From the NCBI RefSeq assembly GCF_018977255.1, contig NW_024704742.1:74154001-74218000 (forward strand): a stretch of DNA of 64,000 nucleotides, read 5' to 3'. Of the stretch, positions 11,790 to 22,872 are shown one piece after another; position 1 is the first letter of the stretch; each line of letters begins with the position of its first letter. Under the pieces are notes generated by a model, which saw nothing but the letters and a program-made list of their open reading frames with translations, searched no databases and was not told where the DNA came from. The position numbers were made by a program, and so were the translations under genes. This DNA is from Callorhinchus milii (lineage: Eukaryota).

Positions 11790-12562
11790 AATAATAATCA
11801 TTACGTTTGGTGTAGCGGCATTCGCATCAGGGGGATATCCCAAAGCTCTTCACAGGATATACTGTAAAATGACTGCGTGTTTGTGGGCAAATGGGGCAGC
11901 CAATTTGCGCACTGCAATATCTCACAAACAGCCATGGATCGAGTGACCAATTTTATTTAGGGGATTTGTTGGCCAGGACACTGGGAGAAACTTCCTTCTC
12001 TTTGAATAATGCTGTGGGGTCACTGAAGTCCACCTGAACATGCTGATAGGGTCCATGTCCTCATCTGAAGGATGGCACTTAATAATAATAATAATAATAA
12101 TAATAATCCTTGCATTTGATATAGCGCTTTTCACGTCGGGAGGACGTCCCAAAGCGCTTCACAGAATATACTGTAAAGTGAATTGACTGTATATTTGTGG
12201 GCGAACGCGGCAGCCAATTGCGCACAGCAATGTCCCACAAACAGTCGTAGATTGAAAATGACCAATTTATTATTGTTTTTTTTTGTTTTGGAGGGATTAT
12301 TATTAGGCTCTGTGTGGAGTAAGGAAACTTGCCCAAGGTTTCGCCCTCTGCCTGGAATTGAACTCAGGTCTCTCACTTGCAAAGCGAGTGCTCTAACCAC
12401 TGAGCTACAGGACTCCACTTCCAATAATGCAGCACACCCCCAGCACTGGAGTATTCATCTTCAATTAGTCTATGTTAGTCCCACCTCGTGACATGGGACT
12501 TGAACCCACAAGCTTCCGACTCGAGGCGAGAGTGCTACCAATTGAGCCAGGCTGACACACAA
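11790..12562 (-). mobile_element. Deu-domain tRNA SINE (family B, SacSINE1-like) interrupted by a family A SINE
   Basis: Head (reverse complement of ggtagcactctcgcc...gggttcaagtccc) at 12480-12560; body and tail at 11790-12080; the insertion is flanked by cactt on both sides. Confidence 0.8.
12081..12417 (-). mobile_element. SINE family A, short form, full length and young
   Basis: Near-identical to 15700-15908 and 21815-22026; (aat)n tail; head tggagtcctgtagctcagtggttagagc. Confidence 0.9.
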
Positions 12563-12834
12563 ATACCAATAGCTAAGGGGTATTGTTACACTGACTTATC
12601 ATCAAAAGAAAATATTTTTGAGGTGGTTGTAGGGTTTCAGTGTAGATAAGGTCTGTGCTTCCAAACTATCAAGGCTCAGGTGATTTGAAGGCCTCTCGCA
12701 GAAAATTTTCAAAGGTCATAGAAACGGGGCAAATCTCAGAGGATTCAAGACTGTCACACATTCAATAAAGGTTCAAACTTGCACTTGATGGATGTCAAAT
12801 TGAGGACTACTATTATTTGTGGGGTGGGGGCTGG

Positions 12835-13170
12835 GATGGAGGTAAGCAGGATCTCCTTGGAGCTGAACTGGTTCGAAGGTGACATGCTTGGCAACAGAAT
12901 GTCACAATCGAGCTGGCAAGGTTAACAGCAACCAACAGGTGGGAGTTTTGCAGCTGGACGAGCAGCTGGTTAGTCTCCAGCATTACCCCAAAACATACTC
13001 GGGGCTCCTCAAGCCTTGGTTGTATCTAATACTCTCCGGAAATAGGTAAGCAGGTCCCTCCAGGGAGAGAATACACATTCCATTCCAGACATTTCCATGT
13101 ATAGAGCTCCAGTTTGGTATGGATACTTGATGGATTTCTGCATGTGTCAGACACCTGGCTGGGCAAAAAC
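12835..13170 (+). mobile_element. Family X repeat, internally deleted
   Basis: gaggtaagcaggatctccttggagctgaactgg...gtcagacacctggctgggcaaaa. Confidence 0.7.
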
Positions 13171-13821
13171 TAAAGGATTCAAAATTAGCAAATGCCATTG
13201 ATATTTTTAAAGAAGAGGATAAAGATGAATAATGATGATAAATAAATGTATTTAATATCGTGCCTTATTGCATCATCAAGATGTCTCAAAGCACTTCACA
13301 GAATGTACTGTAGAGTTACTGTGTATTTTGTGGGTGAACAAGGCGGCTGATTTAAGCACAGCAAAGTCCCACAAACAGCTGTGAAACGAATGACCAATTC
13401 CAGTGGATTGTAAAATTTCTTCCTGAGATCGCAGATGATAGTGATAGAATTCTTCTGGCACAAAGTGGCAATCTCTTAAATCCTAAGAAAAGCAAAATAT
13501 TTTTTCATTTATGATTCTAGTACACATTTATGAGTCAAATTTCTTATGATATTTCTGGCTACATATGAATAAATTCTTTTAAATTTATTTACATGGATGT
13601 AACTATTTATGTTAACTTTGTTAAATTAAGACTATTTGGAGTTTGGATTTGTGGTGTGCTGTTTTGTAGATCATAGTTTACTGTACATCCCAAACAGGCT
13701 GTTCATAGCTTGGTTTGTGACTGGTTTAAACAATATTTATTTACAGGTGAGAAAATACCTATTTGTGATTGAAGTATTGAGTGGAGCAGAATTGAGACTG
13801 ATCTAATTACTTGCATTCCAG

Positions 13822-13955
13822 AGGAAGCAGTGACTAAGTATGGCAGGGAACGTCTGAAGATCTACACAACCTCTTTTACCCCAATGTATCATGCAGTCAC
13901 TTCGAGGAAAACAAAGTGTGTCATGAAGTTGGTTTGTGCTGAGAAAGAAGAGAAG
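13822..13955 (+). CDS. GSR: GSR exon 12 ([27 protein letters not shown]...KEEK)
   Basis: ttccag|AGGAAG...GAGAAG|gtagga; 134 nt. Confidence 0.96.
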
Positions 13956-15699
13956 GTAGGAAATAGTTTGAATAACTTATGTACATTTTCCTCCACTAGT
14001 TTCCCATCCCCCAGTAGATGGAATCCAAATTCCTTGTCTCATTTTCCTACGTCTCCATGGGGTTGCCCCACTCTATCTCTGTCTCCAGCTGCGACCCTAC
14101 TGCCTTTGCAGCTCAGCAAACAGCCTGTTCCATGTTTACTGCCCAATCTCAGCTTTCAGCCATTCTGCCGCCATTCTCTGGAACAACGTCCCAGAGTCCC
14201 TCCACCTTTCCCTTCCCTCCCCATTTTCAAACCCCACCTTGATATATCTCTTCAGACACTGCCCCCTCCTAAATTCAGGCTCCTAATCCAATATGGACCC
14301 GAAAGTAGCGATATAAATTGATGTGATTGTAATCAATATTTTCAATCTTTTCAACAAATCATAGCATAACAATTGAGTTAAATTGCAGCTGTAATAAAAA
14401 AACCTTCATTTAATGTTCATTAGTTTCATTTGTCAAATACAAAAGGATTTAGGTGATAGGTAAACGTAATTCTTCCTTGTTACACATTCCATCACACCCA
14501 TAGACGAATGCTCATTGTTTCCTCTCAATAACAGTGTTTTTCTTTGTTGTCTTTTCGGGATAGCTTGTTGAGTTCCTCAACAAGTTCCACTTGTAGCCAT
14601 AGCTTTTGTTTCTCAGCATGCCTTCAAATTGTTTTTGAAAGGCTTTGATGTAATTTAAGCTCCACAGTCAGTTAATTCAGTCAATGCTGGAGGTTGTCCC
14701 AGTGTGCGAGTGTAGAAAGAGATTTCAAGCCAAAAAAGTGTATGTGTTCATATCATGCTTACAAGAGGGTTAGGCTGAGGGGCTTATTGTAAATTGTAAA
14801 TAAGAGTCCCAACAAATCACGTCCAAAACCACAAGCAATGACACGATGGGAGTAAAATGGTGACAATAAACCACAGCTTGGTTGTTTCATAACATTTTTA
14901 AGTGTTAAAGCCTCTCAGACTACAGGAATCTACAAAGGAAAACAAAAAAGAGTGTGAAAACCTATTGATAGCAATCTAAAGATATAGTGCAAATAGACAC
15001 CTAACTAACACACACTAGTAAAAACGAGCTGTATATGATATTCGGGCTAGTACGCTGACTTTCATGGGTTAAAGATTCTCTTATATAATAAGAACAGGAG
15101 TTCTAAAGTTCTGTGGTTCTATAAGGAATGAATTACAAAGGGATGGGGAAAGGGCGGATAAATAGGACTGAAAGGATTGCTTTTTAAAAGAGCCACCACA
15201 AACACGATGGACCAAGTGGACTCCCTATGATTCTAGGGAGTGGGAATTGCGGGACCAATATCCTCCTTGTCTTTCTTTCAGAGAGAGACATCAACCTATT
15301 GATTTTTTTTAGTGTGACTTGCCAGGGTTATTACTGAACAGCGTCAGGAGATTGTTTGTGTTGAAGAATGGTTATTTTCCCAATGACAGCCGGAATCCCT
15401 ATCCATGACAATTCAATTACCTATAGATACAGATATTGTAATGCAAATTTAATAATATCAACTTGTAAGGCTGCATTTTTGAACAAGTGTGAATATAAAC
15501 TCCACCACTTTCATTTTCACCTCACGAGACATTTGGATGAAAAAGGCCCTTTGGCCCATTTGATCTCATTACTCCAGAACATGCTTACTATATACATTTA
15601 CTGGAGCTTGTTTGTCACAATACAACCTGGTTAGATCAACCAGAGTGATGGGGATATGAATTTCTCTCTAAGTACAGAACTGTGCAGTGCTTTAAATAC

Positions 15700-15908
15700 A
15701 ATAATAATAATCCTTGCATTTGATATAGCGCTTTTCACGTCGGGAGGACGTCCCAAAGCGCTTCACAGAACACACTGTAAAGTGAATTGACTGTATATTT
15801 GTGGGCGAACGCGGCAGCCAATTACGCACAGCAATGTCCCACAAACAGTCGTAGATTGAAAATGACCAATTTTTTTTATTATTGTTTTTGGTTTTGGAGC
15901 GATTATTA
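15700..15908 (-). mobile_element. SINE family A, 3' half, ending ~23 nt before the GSR exon 13 acceptor
   Basis: Near-identical to 12100-12300. Confidence 0.9.
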
Positions 15909-15931
15909 TGACCTTTTCTCTCTCATTTCAG

Positions 15932-16081
15932 GTTGTGGGACTTCACATGCAGGGTTTTGGATCTGATGAAATGCTTCAAGGTTTTGCTATTGCAATCAAG
16001 ATGGGAGCAACAAAATCTGACTTTGATAACACTGTAGCAATTCATCCCACATCTTCAGAGGAACTAGTTACAATGCGCTAG
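15932..16081 (+). CDS. GSR: GSR last coding exon 13 (VVGLHMQG...[15 protein letters not shown])
   Basis: tttcag|GTTGTG...CGCTAG; catalytic His-Pro-Thr-x-x-Glu-Glu motif; TAG at 16079-16081; exons 2-13 sum to 1263 nt, in frame. Confidence 0.97.
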   Translation, partial: VVGLHMQGFGSDEMLQGFAIAIKMGATKSDFDNTVAIHPTSSEELVTMR

Positions 16082-16336
16082 GACCGCTTGTGTGAAACCT
16101 TTCAATCCAAATATAAAATGATCGCTGAATGTTTTATTGAAAAAATGTGCTTTGAAGAAAAGGTTTTTCAAGTGGGATCAGAAACATTGCAACTAATGCA
16201 GTATTTTGTCATTTCCAGAGTACCACAAGAATATTGAATGCCTTGCATAGCTTAAGTGCACTTCTGCACACAAGACACTGCACGTAGTTTCTGGATCCCA
16301 TCTAGACCTTATCTGCCTTTCATCAGTTTACCTCTT

Positions 16337-16745
16337 GCCAGCCAGGCTCAGTTGGTAGCACTTGTGCCTTTGAGTTACAAGGTTGTGGGTTCAAGGCCGA
16401 CATCAGAGCTTTGAACCCAATGTTAAGGTTGACATTCTAGTGCAATGCGGAGGGGGGGGGGGGGGCTATATTGTTGGAGGTGCCATTTTTAAATGAGATG
16501 TTAAACTGAGATCATGTCTGCCTGTCCAGGTGGACGTTAAAGATCCCATAGCTCTATTCAAAAACAGAAAGGTGTGTCTCCCCATGTCCTGGCCAATAAT
16601 CCATATAAAATTAATTAATTATTCACTAATTATGGCACAAATTGTCAGCCTACAAATAGTGACGACACTTCCCAGTGAATGTTTTTAAGATGTTTTGATG
16701 ACAATAATGCACTATGCAATATCAAAAGCAAGGATTATTGTAATA
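16337..16745 (+). mobile_element. Deu-domain SINE (family B) inside the GSR 3'UTR
   Basis: ggctcagttggtagcact...gggttcaag...gagatgttaaactgag...aggtggacgttaaagatcccat...tcaaaagcaaggattatt. Confidence 0.8.
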
Positions 16746-17888
16746 GGATTATTATTTGCTTCCAAAATAATTGTCTTTGCTAGGTTTCCTAGCTCTATAA
16801 AGTTCTGAAACATTTTTCTAGAATAATTTTCTGGAGAGGCATTGGGAACAACTGTGATTCAAGTTGAGAAGTACAGACAAGTAAGATCCTTAACATAAAG
16901 AGATGTCCAATGCTCTGTGGCTTCTGCCTTGCCTTGATTCCTCTTTGATCACATCTTTGTTCATCTTTCCACCCCACACGCTTGGCCCCATACCCCTCCC
17001 GCATCCAACCCCCAGTTCAGGTACAAACCCTTGATTGTCCAGCGCCTTGGGATGACCTCCCGATATATAAATGCAATATAAATGGAATTTGTTGTTGTTA
17101 TATCTGAAGCTGTTTTCTTAAGAAATGTCATGTAAAAGGAATTCTGAAGTTTGTGTGTGGTATAAAGAAATTCGCACCACATTCCATGCAATAATTCTAA
17201 TCATTTTTGAGGGTAAATTCTTCGGGAAAGTTTAGTAGAGTAAGTTAATTTACATAGTTGATTTGCAAGGAAATTCTTATCATGCGATATAGGCTACTTT
17301 TTTAGCTGTCCCTATAATTTTTGTAGGTCACTCATTCATACACTCGGCTGACCAAAAAAATCAGATCTGTGTAAGTCCCATTATAATGGTTTTTGATACT
17401 ATATTTATAAAGGAACCCTGTAACTAGATATTGGGGTCTACAATCTGAATGGACGTATGTGTCAACCAATGGAACTTTGCACGAACATGTTGGTGTGGAG
17501 TTCTCACAGTTCTATTTGCAACTCATGAATATTGCATTTTAGATCTCTTTAAGAACTGCTAGTATGTCAGTATTATGTAATCTGTTTAATAGAATGAGTG
17601 AGTTATTGAAATTGATGTTCGGCCCAATGATCATGTTGAAGGTATAGCCATATCTAAACCTTACGTTCTTGTCTCTAAAGGCGAAATAAGAATTTATAGT
17701 TTCCTTTTGAGAACACACATTTCAGGTAAATGAAGATCAAATTTCAGATATGGAAAGATGCACCTTGTTCTGGAATATCTCGAGAGAATTTTAGTTGTCA
17801 TGTTCATTTCTTTTCTAATGATTATCATGTCCTTTGTTTTTGTAGTTTGCGTAAACAAATATACTCAGGCTATTTTACTAGCTTTTGA

Positions 17889-17894
17889 AATAAA
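17889..17894 (+). terminator. Candidate proximal GSR poly(A) signal AATAAA
   Basis: First canonical AATAAA I find after the stop codon; T-rich sequence follows. Confidence 0.4.
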
Positions 17895-18219
17895 TTATGC
17901 AGCTTTTTTTAAAACCAATTATACATTTGACAAGTGTAAAGTTTTTTAAAATGAACTATTTAGTTTCACAATGTTACAGCCATAACACTTTTTGATTTCA
18001 ATTTATTGTATGATATTATGGTTTTCTGTGGTAATCAGTATGTTTCGCAGTCTGCAATTTTCATGCCACAAAATGATTAAGTGCTTTTTGATTCACATCA
18101 TTCTATAAAGGTGTTGTACTGTATTGGCTTTTTAAAAGGACCAAATTTGAGGCTTTCTAAATGATCAATGTTTTATTTTTATGCTTTTTAAAATGAAGAA
18201 ATATATTCTAAAACTCCTT

Positions 18220-18225
18220 AATAAA
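18220..18225 (+). terminator. Candidate distal GSR poly(A) signal AATAAA
   Basis: AATAAA at the end of an AT-rich UTR-like block, with a GT/T-rich element (ggtttctttctttgt) about 35 nt downstream. Confidence 0.55.
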
Positions 18226-18309
18226 TAATGCTTTTGGGTACACAGATTCAATTCACTGGTTTCTTTCTTTGTATCGCAAAGAGTTGGCAAAGAACAATAA
18301 TACATTCCT

Positions 18310-18496
18310 GAAACAAAAACAGAGAGAGCTGGAAGTGAGTCAACAATTTTGGTCCACGGCCCTTTGTCGGAACTGGACGAAGGGTCGTGGACCTGAAACG
18401 TTGACTCACTTTCTCCATAGATGCTGCCTGACCTGCTGAGTTTTCCCAGGTCTGTTTTGTTTCAGATTTCCAGCATCTGCAGTGTTTTGTGTTGTG
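18310..18496. mobile_element. Palindromic Penelope-like pLTR-derived element with a hammerhead-like core and a 14-bp TSD
   Basis: Flanked by aataatacattcct (18296-18309 and 18497-18510); internal inverted repeat 18333-18411; ctggacga-agggtc-gtg-gacct-gaaac-gtt. Confidence 0.7.
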
Positions 18497-18639
18497 AATA
18501 ATACATTCCTATAGCATAAAGGAGATCTCAACGTGGGTGTTTTGGACACCAGGCAAGACGTGGGAGGAGTTTAAAGGTGACCAAAGGCACTTTTATGAAT
18601 GGATTTTAGAAGGTTTTTAAAAGGGGCAATATGGATTGA

Positions 18640-19155
18640 GGATCAAAGAAATTTACGACCCATCTTATCTGTCGACCCTTTGAAAGAGCAATTTCTTCAG
18701 TCCCATTTCTCTGCTCTCTTCCCCCCCCCATCAACCTGCGCATACCCATTGCAATTTACCCTTTTTAAATATCTATCTAGTTTCCTCATGAAATCTAATT
18801 TGGATTCTGGCTTGACCACCGTACATGGCAGGACATTCCATATTCCTAACAACTTAGTGATTAAAAAAAAAGGCCTAACCTTGCCCTTTGCTGCCTTTCT
18901 ATCGTAAATACCCTCTCATCACTGACTGACTGACCAATTATGATAATTTCCCTCTATCCTATCAAAACCTCTCCAAATTTTGAAGATATTTGTCAGGCCA
19001 CCCTTCAACCTTCTTTGTTCCATTGAAAATATGGCCAGTTCCTTTAGTCTTTGCCCATAAGTCAAATCACTCCTCTCTGGTATGATCCTCATAAATATCT
19101 CTACGGTCTTGACGTCCATCCTAAAGTGCAGTGACCAAAATGACACAATATGATC
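18640..19155 (-). mobile_element. CR1-clade LINE 3' fragment
   Basis: Minus-strand FWSLHFRMDV...RLKELAIFSMEQRRLKGGLTNIFKI. Confidence 0.8.
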
Positions 19156-19160
19156 TAATT

Positions 19161-19205
19161 CAGGATGATCTAACTGGCGGCCTGTGGGCCACATCTGGCC
19201 CGCTG
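19161..19205 (+). mobile_element. Possible hAT (Charlie-like) MITE terminus
   Basis: caggatgatctaactggcggcctgtgggccacatctggccc resembles CAGGGGTGTCCAAC..GCGGCCC..GGGCC hAT ends; partner end not found. Confidence 0.4.
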
Positions 19206-19304
19206 GGTTATTGTATCTCGCTTGAGAACATTTCCAACATTGCAACTTCTGCTCCCTCCTTGGTGAACATCCTCCTATGCAGATAGTGAATGCCGTGCAG
19301 CTGA

Positions 19305-19715
19305 TTGGGAGAGAGGAGGAAGGGAGAGGGAAGAGTATGTGTATGAGAGGGGGTAGAGAGAGAGTGATTGAGGGAGAGAGCGGAAAGGGGGAGAGTGTGA
19401 ATGTGAGGGAGACAGGGAGAGAGAGAAACAGAAAGAGGGAGATTGAGAGAGGGTGATTTAGAGAGAGTTTGAGGGGATAGAAAGAGAGTGTGGGAGAGAG
19501 GGAGAGAATAATTGAGAGGGAAGAATGTGAGAGAGGAGGAGGGGGAAGAGTGATTGAGGGGGAGGTGAGAGGGAAGAGAGGGTGTGAGAAGGGGAGTGAG
19601 AGAGAATGTGTGAGAGAAGTAGCGCGTGTGTGAGAGTGCGTGAGAGAGAGGGTAGAGAGAGCACGAGGGGGAGCGAGAAAAACAAAAAGAGTGAAAGCAG
19701 AGAGAGAGGGAGGGA
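19305..19715. repeat. Degenerate (GA)n polypurine/polypyrimidine tract
   Basis: ~400 bp of nearly pure purines on the + strand. Confidence 0.9.
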
Positions 19716-21814
19716 TAAGTTTTGTGGTTCACTGTCAGGTCAGATGATCGGAGCCTCCCTCAGCCGCTGAGGGAGGATCAAGGACAGACACTGAGCGACG
19801 TGACGTGTAGTTTGCTCACAGAAAACCCTCTTTCCCCAGTAAGAAACGTCTATATGACTTTCATTCCACCTCCTCCCTACCTCTGAGACCCAGCCATTTC
19901 CTTCGCCCAGCAAACACCATTTTTCTTCATGCTTTTCCCCCACTGCATCTGCCCCACCATTGCCATTTTGCCGCCGCTCTCTGGAGCTCCATTCCTGGAA
20001 TCCCTCCGACTCGCTCCTTCCCTCCCCTCTTTCAAGGAACGTCACAACCTAACTCTTCGACCACGCTTTTGGAAATCTTTTCCCATCCACATCCCATCCC
20101 TCGGCTCCCACCCCAGCTCAGGTGCCCAGCTGACAGTGTCAAGATGTCCATCCAACATGCAAAAGGTGCTGTATCAATGTTGTTATGTTTCTGGAAGGGA
20201 AACGCAAAATATTGCTTCTGCAGCCGGAGTCCTTTCTCCAATAGAGAATCCAGCCCTCAGCAGCGAAAAGATTGCCCTCCCCTCCGATCTAACTTATGAT
20301 TTATACCAGTTAAACATCACCTGTTCAGTTTTATTTCCATGCTCCTACTTATAAAACCTACGATCCCAATAACTTTGACAATGCTAGGATCACAGCTTTG
20401 TCCACCTGCCACCTTTAATGATTTATGTATGTTAACCCCAAGGTTTTCTACTCTGCTCATACATTTACTCTATTCTTCCTCCTCAGATTTTTAACTTCAC
20501 ACTTTTCTGCATTAAATTTCAAATCCACCTCTCTGCCCAATCTTCTAGTCTGCCTGGGTCCATCTGAAGTCGTTGCAATCTTCATTGTTAGCTACTAATC
20601 TGAAAAATAACCTGAAAACTAACAGCAGTTAATAAAAAAGAAAAACGGATTTATGTTTTAGGTGTGACCTTACATCAACATCAACAACTTGCATTTATAT
20701 AACCCCTTTATGCGGGGTAGGGTCCCGGAGTGCTTATCCCAGCCACTACGCCCCGAGGCTCTGGAACTCCCTTCCTCCATCCCTTCGCCTCGCCCGCTCT
20801 TCCTATTTTCAGGTCTCGGCTGAAGACCTTTGTTTTCGACCGCGCCTTTGGTCATCTTCCTCCCGCTACCCCTGGCTCGGCCCCGGGATCCATTACTGTA
20901 AAGCGCTCTGAGATGCCGTCCGGCGTCACTAAGAATACATCAGCCGCAAATGCACAAAGTATCAAATAACTTGGACTCTTCGTTGCCCTGCCATTACTGC
21001 TTCAGAAACCTGTGGACCAGGTGCCCTTAAAGCCACCTCATTTTGGTAAAGACATTTAGCAATTGAACAGCATAAATGTGACCAAGCTTCATACTGTCTA
21101 AATTCAAAAGTCTGCCTTTTTAAGTCCATTATTTCTGGATCATAATTAGCAATGACTGAACTTGATTCTGCTTGAATCCCAGCAGCTAGTCCGATTACCC
21201 ATATGTGCTATTCCTCATGCTAAATCAGAGTTACACATGACAAGGGATGCTTACAAAGGTGGTGATTTTAAAAATGATTCTTAAAAGTATAAACACTTCC
21301 ACTTTCTGGTAAATCTTCACATTGTACTGTACACAAAAAGGCTGTGTTGGAGGGAACCCAGAGCAGAAGCAGGTCATAAAGGCAGTGTGTAGAATAAATA
21401 AAATTGAGCAAAAGGTAAACTGAATATTATTCCTAACATGTTGTTTATTCTTAACCTCAGGACTAGCACTGGAATAGTTAAAGGAAGATCAGAAGAAAAT
21501 GTTTCATCCAAAAAGTTATTAGAACATGAAATGGTTTGTCACAAGTGGCTACTGAGGCTGAGACCCTAACAACAAGGAATAGAATAAATATTTGAAGAAT
21601 ATAGGAAGCAGAGAATTGCAATAGACAAATTAAGGAGTATAACTACAGTAGAAGAGCTTTGATTATTGTATAATTTGATGGATTGAATGCCCTCTTGTGC
21701 TGCAATTTCTGATTCAATGAATGCTGGATAAAACGGCCGCTAGATGGCAGTGTAAGTCTGAAAGTTGTCCTCAATTCTAATGGAGAGAGAAATGAAAGAA
21801 AAGGTGAAAAGAAA

Positions 21815-22026
21815 ATAATAATAATAATAATAATCCTTGCATTTGATATAGCGCTTTTCACGTCGGGAGGACGTCCCGAAGCGCTTCACAGAACACACTG
21901 TAGAGTGAATTGACTGTATATTTGTGGGCGAACGCGGCAGCCAATTGCGAACAGCAATGTCCCACAAACAGTCGTAGGTTGAAAATGACCAATTTATTAT
22001 TGTTTTGTTTTTTTGGAGGGATTATT
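21815..22026 (-). mobile_element. SINE family A, 3' half, young
   Basis: Near-identical to 12100-12300 and 15700-15908. Confidence 0.9.
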
Positions 22027-22429
22027 CCCATTTATACTCAATAAAATTGAGTATAAATGTGAATATATGCTGGAGTTTTGTACATACATAAAAATACGCA
22101 AACAATTATTTTCATGGAGTATACACCTTGATATTTTTGCAAGCTATGTCATTCATACACTAAATTTTATTATTATTATCTCATTTTCCAAACAGCAATA
22201 ATTTTCACTTTTCCATCGGATAATATCTAGAAATGCTTTACAAAGGAAGTGCGGATCACAGAGAAAGGTGGGAAAAGGGGAAGAATAATGGGAAGGTGAC
22301 TTGAAGTTGAAGTGGTAGGATTTCAGAAGGAAAGCTAGCACTAGAAAGGAGGGTACAAGGTGGAGAGATTTTGGGAAACTTTTAGAGAACTGGGGCATAG
22401 AGGCTGAGCGCATCTGTCCAAAAGTGATA

Positions 22430-22872
22430 TTCTCCTTGTGGGGGAGGTAAGTAGGGTCTCCCTGGAGCTGAACTGACTTCAAGGTGACATGTTTGGGGGC
22501 AAGGAGTCATCCCACTCGTTAACCCTGGAAGCCGAAGTCCTAACGGATAGATTGGTCCGAGCTGGACAAGCAGCGGAAAAGCTGCCAGTCAGCAATATCA
22601 ATGGCAAGCTAAGCAGTTTTAGCTGGCTAGGCTCCAGCAGTTACCCCAACACACACTCTGTAGTGCCCAAACCTTGGCTCTTGACAACCTCCTAATACTT
22701 TCTGGAATCAGGTAAGCAGGATGTGTCCCTCCAGGGAGAGAGTGTGCATTCCACTCCAACAATCTATCTCTGGGATTTCCATGTGTAGGTGGGATGCATG
22801 GAAATCTCAGCTTGGTTTGGATACTCTTAAGCATGGGGATGGGTTAATGCAGACACCCGGCTGACCAAAAAA
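22430..22872 (+). mobile_element. Family X repeat
   Basis: ggggaggtaagtagggtctccctggagctgaactg...cagacacccggctgaccaaaaa. Confidence 0.75.

Noticed and set aside
12345..12417. tRNA-like sequences (also at 1263, 35500, 41866, 52985, 60356)
   Set aside because: They are SINE heads: A and B boxes run into a repeated body and L2 tail, with no complete acceptor stem or terminator.
15932..18250. Thioredoxin reductase / selenoprotein interpretation
   Set aside because: The protein ends ...EELVTMR-TAG with no GCUG extension, and the exon content is that of GSR, so no SECIS is expected.
19208..19732. 174-aa Ser/Leu/Pro-rich minus-strand ORF
   Set aside because: It is a translation of the (CT)n-rich tract, with no homology recognised.
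20670..20925. Opposed L2 pieces suggesting a twin-priming inversion
   Set aside because: The two pieces overlap in the tail region and have different loop sequences, so two independent insertions are more likely.
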